Positions 42,601 through 51,696 of a stretch of 64,000 bases of DNA are shown one piece after another. A model generated the notes under the pieces. It saw nothing but the letters and a program-made list of their open reading frames with translations, ran no database searches and had not been told where the DNA came from. Source of the stretch: an uncultured Rothia sp. Its GTDB lineage: Bacteria; Actinomycetota; Actinomycetes; Actinomycetales; Micrococcaceae. Position 1 is the stretch's first letter, and the number at the start of each line of letters is the position of its first letter. The DNA lies in NCBI RefSeq assembly GCF_963507905.1, contig NZ_CAUOUU010000009.1:25889-89888 (forward strand), written 5' to 3'. The position numbers and the translations under genes were made by a program.

Positions 42601-43000
42601 CGGTTGGGTCGATGGTAAGTTCCACCCGGAGGCGAACCTTTCGATTGCCTCGACGGTGGCGTTCCTGTACAGGTACCAACGAGCGCTAACCCCTGCGTCT
42701 TCGCCGGAGTCGAGCAGTTTGCCGTCTTCGCCTGTACCGAAGAGCGATACGTCAGATAGCAGTAATGTACCGGAGGAGTCTCCCACACCGGATTCACGTT
42801 CGCGCGTGCACTGGCCCGAGTATGAGCGTATGGATACTGCATTCTGGCGGGAATCGTTGTGGGCTACCCAGCAGATTATCTGGGGATACGCAGAATATTA
42901 TCGAGGCCACGGTGAGAATTTCAGCTTGGATACTGTTTCCTCTTGGCAGTTCTCACTGATGCTCTATCGTATGACGCACGGCGGCAGTCGTCTCAAGTAG
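39656..43000 (+). CDS. SLH-domain surface protein 5 (six modules + SLH)
   Basis: Closest paralog of protein 4, with long near-identical tracts. Confidence 0.85.
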   Translation: MMSSFFTPRGARCRSTAPRHPASARALSLSLLLGLSPLAGITPAALATPAQAASDRPTQVAPAQADPEQATPASPAAALNQRQTENQQNPVAQGEQTSSLPTLRVTSGTLKIETGGTVHVEGTGFTPEFLAHHELRSLIIAPKGSSTYVGPYQEPTYQGPRFDVPRLSADGTFSADLEVSSNGIPAGMEYEVILTYRPLDDAHPYQWSTEDRIRTALAVTSNFPQSALPSITYDVDSISEEQINSGKPIEINMTGSGFDGMNKLRFTLVEIDPNNPESYHRYLDFEDLVPADSPYLKRVFHGLIPNGRFQRKITIPAGFLKPGKGYYLSVVGSYPSGVDSSPFGINAVARDFPFIPVGKNPAKMPYQSNTYRNTLPKVSLSPQTLDPYHAGKYKVTISNISPEVDLGYYVKSVDIYSKTARKTIVGITDIPYFDYDIIVVRNPDGTRTVELEIDSAVIKELQNVYLGSEAELRVAFSDSLYQKGSHIFTVTAPVQLAAPPTPINPPASDEVRLRVTSGTLNISEGGTVSVTTAPLSAEFRKKYTLFEFGIVERGKDYEWSSYGSKLPEAQYGKRVATLRNQGKVHENPDGSITFTFDVRKQIFDVPEGTLFDVVLTFYPSDEAEPDLRWESTDRRLTARASLPVVRDPEPVQPTYRYSISAIDKPWQDTTLTVEGYHILDPHAVGGHESVAHLTLYEADPATGKIMGRPVFSDMIPLTSCGQLCGGFHNRYFSTEMTIPAGTLKPGRLYMIGIYGSNLPRPGEEEYSGSLLTSVAEFLPVRSTQPNPDQPVARPDLYILNKRISPYQEMNTLTARVSNLPKLTDGHYRFSVQATDDSGEPTGEKALEQVIPAEHLLNGSTDEKLNIPGSALNYEGSYRVVLEKVIPGKDGAADAVEQVTSEGLELFVSYTAEREAAVEWVKQQVLLDDHKAVLSRRDVTVALYRLAGAPHVELPATSPYADVAPDDPDYAAYIWARQKGITFGWVDGKFHPEANLSIASTVAFLYRYQRALTPASSPESSSLPSSPVPKSDTSDSSNVPEESPTPDSRSRVHWPEYERMDTAFWRESLWATQQIIWGYAEYYRGHGENFSLDTVSSWQFSLMLYRMTHGGSRLK

Positions 43001-43336
43001 TTGCCGTGAAGTAGCTATTTGAGAGTCGCCTCCTGCGGCAACACAGCATGTTGTTGTGTTGCTTTACAATCGGTGTGATGGCGGGCTGAAAATTTCGGGC
43101 TAATTCGCCCGGCTTTTCAGCCCGCCAACACTTTCGCTAAGGCCCCTGGTGCCCCCCCCTTTTACTCAACTTTTCGTTCATTTTCACCGTTCATTTCTCC
43201 CCTTTCACTCAGCTTTTCCCTCACTCACTTCAATCACCGTACAGAAAACCACTGTGCAGAAAACCCGGTGTGCAAAAACCACCGTGTAGAGAGCCCGGTA
43301 TAGAAAGCACAGTGCAGAACATTAGATGGGATAACC

Positions 43337-45457
43337 GTGTCTTCTTTCTTCCGACCAACCACAGCTCAGGGCGCTAAGACGCCTGCCCAGAAAAACCGCC
43401 TCCAAAATACCCGGGGTAAGAAGGCAATTAGCCTCTCCCTGCTGCTGGGCATGACCCCGGCTCTGGCGGTCACCCCTGCTGCGCATGCTGATGCGGCACA
43501 GACGAAACCCGCACAGGTGGAGCCTGCTCAAGCGGATCCGGCGAGCCCCGTCTCCCCTGCCGCATCGTTGCAGGCAACCCCCGTAGCTGCCGTCCCCGGC
43601 GCCGCTGAGGCGGATGCCGCAACCGGTATTAGCGATGCTGACAAGATTGATTTGAAGGTCACTACCGGCACCCTCAACATTTCTCAGGGAGGCACGGTGT
43701 CCGTGACGACCTCCCCGTTGAGCCCCGAGTTCCGTAAGAAGTACAAGCTCTTCCAGTTCGGCCTCGTGAACCGTGGTACCGATTACGGGTGGTCCCGTAC
43801 CAGTGAGGCAACCCAAAATCCCCTGTACCGTGGCAAGGTCGATCATCTTCGAGAAGACGGTATCGTCCACGACAACCCGGACGGAAGCCTCACCTTCACC
43901 TTCGAGGTCAAGAAGCAGACCATCCGGGCGATCCCTTCGCCTGCCCTTGACGTGGTGTTGACCTACTACCCGGCGGGCGAGCGCGAGCCGAACGCCGAGG
44001 AGTATGAGGATCCCCGTCTTACTGCCCACACTCCGCTCAGCCTGACTCAGGACCCTGAGCCGGGTCAGACTACTTATGTGTACAGCATGCCGGCGATTGA
44101 TAACCCCTGGGTTGATACGCAGCTGAAGATTGAGGGCTACCATATTCTCTCTAAGCAGCTTCTTGAGCCGGGGAGCGCCCCGGCGTATCTGATGCTGTAT
44201 GAGGTTGACCCTGCAACGGGAAAGATGGTGGGCAAACCCGTTTTCACGCATGCAGTTCGTTATACGGATTGCGGCGAATACTATTGCTGGAGTTTCCTCA
44301 ACAACTATTTCTCTGCGGATGTGACAATTCCTGCGGGCACTCTGCAGCCGGGCAAGTCGTACATGATTGGCGTCTACAGCGGCTTCTTCCCGAATCCAGA
44401 TGAGGAGAAGGTCCCCGGTAGCCTCCTGACGGATGTTGCCCCGTTTATTCCGGTGCGCTCACCCAACTCGAACACCGAGGTGAAGGATGCCGCCCCGGTT
44501 CTGCGTGTTGAGCCGCAGCAGAGGGACCAATATTATTCTGATTCACCGCAGGTGAGCCCCTATTGGGAGAAGAACACGTTGCAGGTGCGTGCCGTGAATC
44601 TGCCAAAGCTCACCGAGGGCCATTACCGTTTCTCGCTACAGGCTACGGATGCTTCTGGCAATCTGACGGGTCAGAAGGCGCTGGAGCAGGATATTTCGGC
44701 TGACCGTATCCAGAGCGGTTACACGGAGGCTACGCTCACTGTTCCCGGTGAGGCGCTGAATTATCAGGGCGGTTACAAGCTGGTGGTGGAGAAGGTTCTT
44801 CCCGGTCAGGGTGGTGCCGCGGATTCTGTGCAGCAGGTTGTTTCTACTGACATTGGTTTGGTGGTGAACGCGTTTGAGGAGAGTGAGGCTGCGAAGAGGT
44901 GGTACAAGGCTCAACAGCTTCCCAAGTCAGAGTCCTATTCTTCTGAGAATATGACGCGCCGTGATCTAACGGTGGCTCTTTATATGTTGGCGGGCTCGCC
45001 GAAGGTTGAGCTTCCGGAGACCAGCCCGTACCCGGATGTTCAGCCCAACGACCCGGACTATGCTGCGATTGTGTGGGCTCGTCAGCAGAGCATTACGTTC
45101 GGTTGGGTTGATGGTAATTTCCACCCGGAGGCGAGGGTTTACAATTCTTCGGCAGTGGCGTTCCTGTATAGGTATCAGAGGGCGCAGGGTAAGGTTCCTG
45201 CGGCGAAGCCTCGTCCTGTTTCTTCGGCGTCAAAGAAGAGTAGTCTGCCGGGTGGTTCTTCTGAACGCGGGTGGAATACTGTTCTTGGCTGGCATTACTC
45301 GTTCCGTAAGGAGTCCCAGTGGGCGATTGATCAGCACATTTGGGGTTATATCAGCGAACAGTCTACCTATGAGGCGTATGTGCCGTCGTTTATTGGGCAC
45401 ACGGAACTCGCTACGATGCTGTACCGCATGGAGCACGGCGGCAGCAGTCTCACATAG
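43337..45457 (+). CDS. SLH-domain surface protein 6 (three modules + SLH)
   Basis: Sec signal ending AHA; A'B'C' modules; SLH core; HGGSSLT end. Confidence 0.85.
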   Translation: MSSFFRPTTAQGAKTPAQKNRLQNTRGKKAISLSLLLGMTPALAVTPAAHADAAQTKPAQVEPAQADPASPVSPAASLQATPVAAVPGAAEADAATGISDADKIDLKVTTGTLNISQGGTVSVTTSPLSPEFRKKYKLFQFGLVNRGTDYGWSRTSEATQNPLYRGKVDHLREDGIVHDNPDGSLTFTFEVKKQTIRAIPSPALDVVLTYYPAGEREPNAEEYEDPRLTAHTPLSLTQDPEPGQTTYVYSMPAIDNPWVDTQLKIEGYHILSKQLLEPGSAPAYLMLYEVDPATGKMVGKPVFTHAVRYTDCGEYYCWSFLNNYFSADVTIPAGTLQPGKSYMIGVYSGFFPNPDEEKVPGSLLTDVAPFIPVRSPNSNTEVKDAAPVLRVEPQQRDQYYSDSPQVSPYWEKNTLQVRAVNLPKLTEGHYRFSLQATDASGNLTGQKALEQDISADRIQSGYTEATLTVPGEALNYQGGYKLVVEKVLPGQGGAADSVQQVVSTDIGLVVNAFEESEAAKRWYKAQQLPKSESYSSENMTRRDLTVALYMLAGSPKVELPETSPYPDVQPNDPDYAAIVWARQQSITFGWVDGNFHPEARVYNSSAVAFLYRYQRAQGKVPAAKPRPVSSASKKSSLPGGSSERGWNTVLGWHYSFRKESQWAIDQHIWGYISEQSTYEAYVPSFIGHTELATMLYRMEHGGSSLT

Positions 45458-45876
45458 TGTCCCGTTCTCGGTGTTAGCTATTTTGGGCAGCTTTCGTCAA
45501 ATAGGCGACTTTATGGCTCTGTTTATGTGCCATTTTTATTGTGGGTGACTTTTATGTTGCCTTGCCCACCGCATTGTGAATATTCTCAACCTGCAGAGGT
45601 TGCATAGGTGTGAATTTTTCGAATGCGGTGGGTTTTTTGTGCTTTCTTTTTTGTACAGTGACCAGTGTTTGTGCTTATCAGCACAATATTTAGGCATATT
45701 TTCCACGTCATGCACATACTTTTTAAAGCTATACTTCACCTTAAGATATGCAACAAAACACACAGACATTTTCGCGCTGATGACCTTTCAGGTTCCAGCA
45801 CGTCTTAACTATTTGCTACGGTGTTTATGCGCACCACACTCGATGCGTGACACCGATAAAAACTGATTGGATTACA

Positions 45877-47709
45877 ATGTCCTCACTTCCCAACCACATG
45901 CGCTTTGCGCTACCCAAAAACATGGCTAAGAGCAGCTGTGCCATCACCCTGGCTGGCGCCATGCTCTTGCCTCTCTCCCCCGCGTTTGCCGCACCTGCTG
46001 CTCCGGTAGCAGCTCAGGCTGTTGCGCAGGGTGAGGCTCAGGGTGCGCAGCGTCTGCAGGTTACCTCCGGCACTTTTGACATTCTCAAGGGCGGCAACGT
46101 GACCGTTAGCGGCTCCGGTTTCTCTAAGGACTTCGTCAAGGGCAAGTCGTTCCGCCTGTACGTTGTTCCGAAGGGTGAAAGCGTTGCTTTCCCGCCGCAC
46201 CACCCGCGTAATTACCCCTTCTACGTTCAGGATGTTCCCGCCTCCGCTTTTGCGGCTGACGGCACCGTGAACTTGACCGCTTCTATCGGCGCTAACTATC
46301 TGGAGGCCAATGGCTCGTCCTTCGATGTTGTGCTCGGTTACCGCGATGACGCTGAAGACGGCTGGATTCCCGCGGATGAGGTTCGTACTGAACTGAAGGT
46401 TGCGGATGTTCCCACCGTTGATTCCCCGACCCTGTCGTACGACGCTTCGTCGGTGAATGCTTCTGAGAACACTAAGGTCACCGTGAACGGTGCCGGTTTC
46501 CAGAACATTTCGTACAACGGTAGCGAGTCGCTAATTGTGGCGGTTCGTGCGGTTGATCCTGCAACCGGCAAGGCGACCGGCCCGGCGCTGGCTCAGTCGG
46601 AGGCTAAGTTCACCTCTTACTCTGCTTTCTTCGGCCAGTACATGGGCTACACCAACGGCCGTTTCTCGACCGTTCTGGACATCCCGGCAGGCACCCTGAA
46701 GTCCGGCAGCTCCTATGTTGTGCAGACTTTTGAGTTCAACGTTCCGGAAGATAACGATGAGGCGAACGGCCAGGCGCTGAGCACTCAGGCGTTTGTTCCG
46801 GTGAACGGCGAGAACGCTAAGACTGCTTCGCCTTCGGTGTCCCTGAGCACTGACAAGGTTGATCTGAGCTCTTCGACCACTATCCGTGTAAAGGGTAAGG
46901 ATTTCAAGGTTCCGGCTGGCGCTACCGTGAACGTTCTGTTCTCTGAGGCTGAGGCTGACGGCAACCCGACCGGTGAGGCTCTGGATAGCATCACTCTGAA
47001 CGCTGACCGCGTGGCAACCGGCGCATTTGAGACGACCGTTAACGTTGACGGCACCAAGCTGGATGAGGATAGCCGCTACGCTATTTTCGTAACCATTAAC
47101 TACGCCGATGGTCAGCGCGAGCGCATCGCTGCCGATTACCTGACTCTGACTGGTGAGTCTGCGAACAAGAAGGCTCGTGAGCGTTTCGCTGATGTTCCGG
47201 CTGCTCACGCGAACCACAAGGCTGTTCTGTGGGCTGCTGATCAGAAGCTGATTGATTCTCGTGAGAAGGATTGGTTCGGCGTTAATAATGATGCAACCCG
47301 CGGCGACCTGACCGTTGCGCTGTACCGTTTGGCTGGTTCCCCGAAGGTTAATCTGCCGGCGACTAGCCCGTACGCGGATGTGAAGACTGATGACCCGAAC
47401 TACGCCGCCTACATTTGGGCTCGTCAGAAGGGCATTACTTTCGGCTGGTCTGACGGTAAGTTCCACGCGAATGCGTCTGTCTCTAACGCTACTGTTGCGG
47501 CGTTCCTGTACCGTTTCGATGGTAAGAAGCCGGTTGCTGTGGCTGAGGCACCGTACACCGATGTGAAGGTCGGTTCTGCGTTCTACCGCGAGATCACTTG
47601 GGCTAAGCAGCAGAAGCTGCAGGTTTTCCCGGGCTCTGAGTACCACCCGTCTGCGCTGGTGAGCCGTGGTGAGCTGGCTGGTTTCTTGATGAACTACAAG
47701 GTCCGCTAG
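45877..47709 (+). CDS. SLH-domain surface protein 7 (divergent ABC triplet + 3 SLH)
   Basis: Sec signal ending AFA; FADV, TRGDLTVALY, PYTDV, SRGELAGFL; codon usage looks like that of highly expressed genes. Confidence 0.85.
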   Translation: MSSLPNHMRFALPKNMAKSSCAITLAGAMLLPLSPAFAAPAAPVAAQAVAQGEAQGAQRLQVTSGTFDILKGGNVTVSGSGFSKDFVKGKSFRLYVVPKGESVAFPPHHPRNYPFYVQDVPASAFAADGTVNLTASIGANYLEANGSSFDVVLGYRDDAEDGWIPADEVRTELKVADVPTVDSPTLSYDASSVNASENTKVTVNGAGFQNISYNGSESLIVAVRAVDPATGKATGPALAQSEAKFTSYSAFFGQYMGYTNGRFSTVLDIPAGTLKSGSSYVVQTFEFNVPEDNDEANGQALSTQAFVPVNGENAKTASPSVSLSTDKVDLSSSTTIRVKGKDFKVPAGATVNVLFSEAEADGNPTGEALDSITLNADRVATGAFETTVNVDGTKLDEDSRYAIFVTINYADGQRERIAADYLTLTGESANKKARERFADVPAAHANHKAVLWAADQKLIDSREKDWFGVNNDATRGDLTVALYRLAGSPKVNLPATSPYADVKTDDPNYAAYIWARQKGITFGWSDGKFHANASVSNATVAAFLYRFDGKKPVAVAEAPYTDVKVGSAFYREITWAKQQKLQVFPGSEYHPSALVSRGELAGFLMNYKVR

Positions 47710-48161
47710 GGTTTTGCTAGTTCACTGGGTTTAGCTTCTAGGTTCTAGAGATTATGCCGGGCTGGCGGCGATGAAACGTTGGTTTTATCCCGCCGGCCCG
47801 GCTTTCTGTGTCTCCTGCAGGGCGTTTATGAGGTGCCTGCAAGGTATCTGTAGGGGCGCGTGCGGGACTGTCGCCCGGTGCTGTTCCGCGGTTTTTCGAG
47901 GTATTTTTGCCGGCTAACACGCTAATGTGGGCTGTACCGCATGTGGGGCGCGCCTCATGCGGTACCCGCTATTGGGCGGATTTTTGGGGTGCTCTACTCC
48001 CCTTTTTTAAGAATGTTCTGTGGAGTGTAAATTAATATTTTTCAAGCTGTGGTTTATGCTTAGGACTGTTGCGCCCCCTTGGTGCGCGCCCTTATCCGGC
48101 TGGGTGCGTAGAACTAGAGGGAGCCCATCACACACCGACACATCAACCACATTGAGGATTT

Positions 48162-49043
48162 ATGTCCCAGGATTTTAAGCAGTCGACTGATACTGCCCAT
48201 AATTCTTCTGCACCTCTGCTGGCACCGGAGGGCACCCCCGAGGCTTCTTCTCAGGCTGAGTCGAAGAAGCGTAAGCGCCGCCGTATTGAGCTGGCTGTTG
48301 GCGCTGTGGCGCTGGCGGGTGTTTTGTATCTGCCGTTCTCACCTCTTTTCTCTTTTTATGATCCGTCGGAGGCGCGTCTTTCTTCGGCGGATACTGCTGC
48401 GCCGGCGACCGCTTCGGCGACTTCTACTTCTGCTCTGGTGTCGAGTTCTTCGACCCAGGGCCCGAAGATTCTGCGTCCGTCCGTGACCGCGCCGGATGCG
48501 AACACTATTTTTGCTGATGCTCCCGAGGATTCTTCATACTATGCGGGTATCCGTTGGGCTGTTCGTACCCAGACGATGGAGCCGCTTTCTGAGGACCATT
48601 TTGGTGCTGAGGATCCAGTGACTCGTGGCGAGTTGATCACCATGTTCTATAAGCTGGCGGGTTCGCCAGCGGTGACCCGTCCGGAGCATTCGCCGTATGC
48701 GGATGTTGATGAGTCTGACCCGAACTATGATGCGTACCTGTGGGCGCGTCAGGAGCGTATTACGTCCGGTTGGATTGATGGTAAGTTCCATGCGGAGGCG
48801 CGCCTGTCGAATGCTTCTGCTGCGGCTTTGTTGTACCGTGCTGATGGTGCGCAGAAGATTCAGATGTCGGGTACTTCCCCGTTTAGCGATGTTTCGTCTG
48901 CGACTCCGTTCTACCGTCAGATTGTGTGGGCGTCTCGCCATGGCGTGTCGACGGTGTCTGAGGGTAATGCTTTTGAGCCGACGGCTCAGACGTCTCGTGG
49001 TCGTGTTGCGATGATGATGTACCTGTACTTCCGCACTTCGTAG
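48162..49043 (+). CDS. Membrane-anchored SLH-only protein 8
   Basis: KKRKRRR followed by a hydrophobic segment, Ser/Thr linker, then three SLH repeats (FADA, PYADV, PFSDV). Confidence 0.8.
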   Translation: MSQDFKQSTDTAHNSSAPLLAPEGTPEASSQAESKKRKRRRIELAVGAVALAGVLYLPFSPLFSFYDPSEARLSSADTAAPATASATSTSALVSSSSTQGPKILRPSVTAPDANTIFADAPEDSSYYAGIRWAVRTQTMEPLSEDHFGAEDPVTRGELITMFYKLAGSPAVTRPEHSPYADVDESDPNYDAYLWARQERITSGWIDGKFHAEARLSNASAAALLYRADGAQKIQMSGTSPFSDVSSATPFYRQIVWASRHGVSTVSEGNAFEPTAQTSRGRVAMMMYLYFRTS

Positions 49044-49403
49044 TTTTTACACTGCCTAGTTTTAGCGCTTGGTTAGTGTGTGTTTGGTGGCCCCGTACTC
49101 CTTGAATGGAGTGCGGGGCCGCTTGTGTTTTTGAAGACTGTTGTTTTGAGGACTGTGCGCGGGGTTCAGCATGCTGGGTTCAGTTTTTAACGGCTGGTCA
49201 ACCTGGGAAAACCCTCAGAACCTTCAAGTCTCTCTTGAGTGTTTCCTGACTTCTATTCGCCCCTTTGATAGGGTGAAATTGTCCCCGAAATTGACGGGGA
49301 TATTCGACCACTTCTCATTGGGTTGGCGCAGATTCGACGAAGATTTCTCACTCCCTTTTAGAAACTGCATTGGCGCGATGGGTTCGACCGATAAGGAATG
49401 ATT

Positions 49404-51362
49404 ATGTCCGCTCTTCCGAATTTCAAGGCTTCGTCCTTCTTCCGTGCAGCACGGGGTTGCGGTGCATTGGCGTTGGCTGGCGCGATGGTTTTGCCGATGG
49501 CTCCGGCGCTTGCCCAGAATGTTGCCGCAGATGCTCCTGCAGTTGCGGCGGCTGGTTCTCTGCCGGCTGACCCTGCTCCGAAGGCCGCTGTCGCCCAGAA
49601 GACTGATGCTTTCGCCCCGCACTGGCGCTACAACGCTCTGAAGGATACCGGTAACGATCAGGTTCTGAACTTCTCAGGTTGGGGTTTCAATGGCGATATT
49701 AACTCCCCGAAGGGTGTTCAGATTGTTGTGCGTGAGAAGACCCTGAGGGCGCGGGTTCTGGCGGTTAGCGACATCATCGAATATAACCACGAGGAACTGG
49801 CTTTTGCTTACCAGGGCGGCTATGTGACCGGTACCGTCAATATTCCGGCGAACACCCTGAATAAGGCAAAGCAGTACGTTGTCGAGGTGTGGGGCAACAA
49901 CGGCTACGAGGGCGACGAGTTCATTACCCCCGTCGTGGGTAAGGCACCCGAGGGTCATGGCACCCTGCTCGCTTCTCAGACGCTGAACTTTAACGGTTCC
50001 GATGGTTCGCAGGCTGCGGATGTTCCGGGCGCTAAGGCTGTCCAGGAGGACGCTCCGACATTCGACGTTCTGTACGACGGCAAGAATCCGCTACTGTACA
50101 CCTTTGAGGGCGGCACCGTCCACGTGAAGGGTTCGGGTTTCACCAAGGAGTGGCGTGAAAAGCACGGCAATGTAGCGGTTTACCTGGCCGCTTCTCAGGG
50201 TGTTCCCGATGGTGACCTTCTGCCCGCTGATGATACGCCGCTCCGTTTTGAGGAGGGTAAGGACTTCACCATTGCCGAGGATGGCACCCTGGATGCTCAG
50301 CTGACGGTCAAGCCGGACGTGCTTCAGCGCTACTACGAGCCTCGCAACTACTTCCCCGGTATCCCGCGTTACGAGGTGCGTTACGAGGTTGACCTGGTTG
50401 CTGAGAAGCAGGGTCAGCCCCCGCTGACCGTTGAAGATCTGTGGGCTGGCAAGAACGTGGTGCGCCGTATTGCGGTGCATACTCAGGCGTTCCGCCCCAG
50501 CCCGTTTGCCCCCGAGGTGAAGTACAAGGCTCTGGGCGACACCACCGCGGATCAGGATATTTACTTCTCGGGTACCGGCTTCTACGGTGAGATTGCTTCC
50601 CCTAAGGGTGTTCAGTACGTAATCCGTGAGAAGGGTTCGAACACCCCGGTTCTGGCGACGAGCGACCTCATTGAGTACAACCATCACGACCGCGCCTTTG
50701 AGTTTGTGAATGGTGAGCTGTCCGGTAGCGTAAAGGTTCCGGCGAACACTCTGGATCCCGCGAAGAAGTATGTCGTAGAGGTTTGGGGTAACAACGGTTA
50801 CGAGAACGGCGAGTTCGTCGCCCCCGTTGTGGGTAAGGCACCCGAGGGCCGCGGTACTCTGCTGGCTTCTCAGGACCTGAAGTTCAAGGGCTCTGACGCT
50901 GTTGAGGATAAGAAGCCTAGCTTGACCGATGAGCAGCGTAAGGAGCGCGCTACCCGCGGTGAGCTGGCGGTGGCTCTGTACCTTCAGGCCGGCGCGCCCG
51001 AGGTGAAGCTGCCCGAGACCTCCCCCTGGCCGGATGTGAAGACTGACGACCCGAACTACGCTGCGTACATTTGGGTTCGTGAGAAGGGTATCAGCTACGG
51101 CTGGTCGGACGGCAAGTTCCACGCGGACGCTGGCATCTCGAACGCTACCGTTGCAGCGTTCACTTACCGCGCGGCTGGTTCTCCTGCGGTGACGGGTAAT
51201 TCCCCCTACGTGGATGTTAAGCCTGGTTCTGCGTTCTACCGTGAGATTCTGTGGGCTAGCCAGAATTTGACTACGGTGTACGGTGGTCAGTATTTCATTC
51301 CTCAGCAGCTGCTGACTCGCGGTCATCTGGAGACTGTCCTGGCTGCTTTCCAGTCTCGCTAA
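49404..51362 (+). CDS. SLH-domain surface protein 9 (B''-A''-B'' + SLH)
   Basis: Sec signal ending ALA; internal duplicated module; TRGELAVALY...GWSDGKFH. Confidence 0.85.
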   Translation: MSALPNFKASSFFRAARGCGALALAGAMVLPMAPALAQNVAADAPAVAAAGSLPADPAPKAAVAQKTDAFAPHWRYNALKDTGNDQVLNFSGWGFNGDINSPKGVQIVVREKTLRARVLAVSDIIEYNHEELAFAYQGGYVTGTVNIPANTLNKAKQYVVEVWGNNGYEGDEFITPVVGKAPEGHGTLLASQTLNFNGSDGSQAADVPGAKAVQEDAPTFDVLYDGKNPLLYTFEGGTVHVKGSGFTKEWREKHGNVAVYLAASQGVPDGDLLPADDTPLRFEEGKDFTIAEDGTLDAQLTVKPDVLQRYYEPRNYFPGIPRYEVRYEVDLVAEKQGQPPLTVEDLWAGKNVVRRIAVHTQAFRPSPFAPEVKYKALGDTTADQDIYFSGTGFYGEIASPKGVQYVIREKGSNTPVLATSDLIEYNHHDRAFEFVNGELSGSVKVPANTLDPAKKYVVEVWGNNGYENGEFVAPVVGKAPEGRGTLLASQDLKFKGSDAVEDKKPSLTDEQRKERATRGELAVALYLQAGAPEVKLPETSPWPDVKTDDPNYAAYIWVREKGISYGWSDGKFHADAGISNATVAAFTYRAAGSPAVTGNSPYVDVKPGSAFYREILWASQNLTTVYGGQYFIPQQLLTRGHLETVLAAFQSR

Positions 51363-51696
51363 ACATAGCCAGCTGAACACCCCCGTGTTCCCGAGCAGGT
51401 TTTCTGCCCAGGAGCGCGGGGCTCTGTTTTTGGGGTTTAGCGTGCTGAGTTTAGCGTGCTGGGTTCTCAGTTCTTAGTGGCTGGTCAACCTGTGAGAACC
51501 CTCAGAACCTTCAAGTTTTTCTTGAGCGTTTCCTGACATCTGTCCAACCCTTTGATAGGGTGAAAATGTCCCCGAAACCGACGGGGATATTCGACCACTT
51601 TTCTCATTGGGTTGGCGCAGATTCGACGGAGATTTCTCACCCCGAAACCCTATGAAACTGCATCATCCCGGTGGGTACGACCCGTAAGGATGATGT

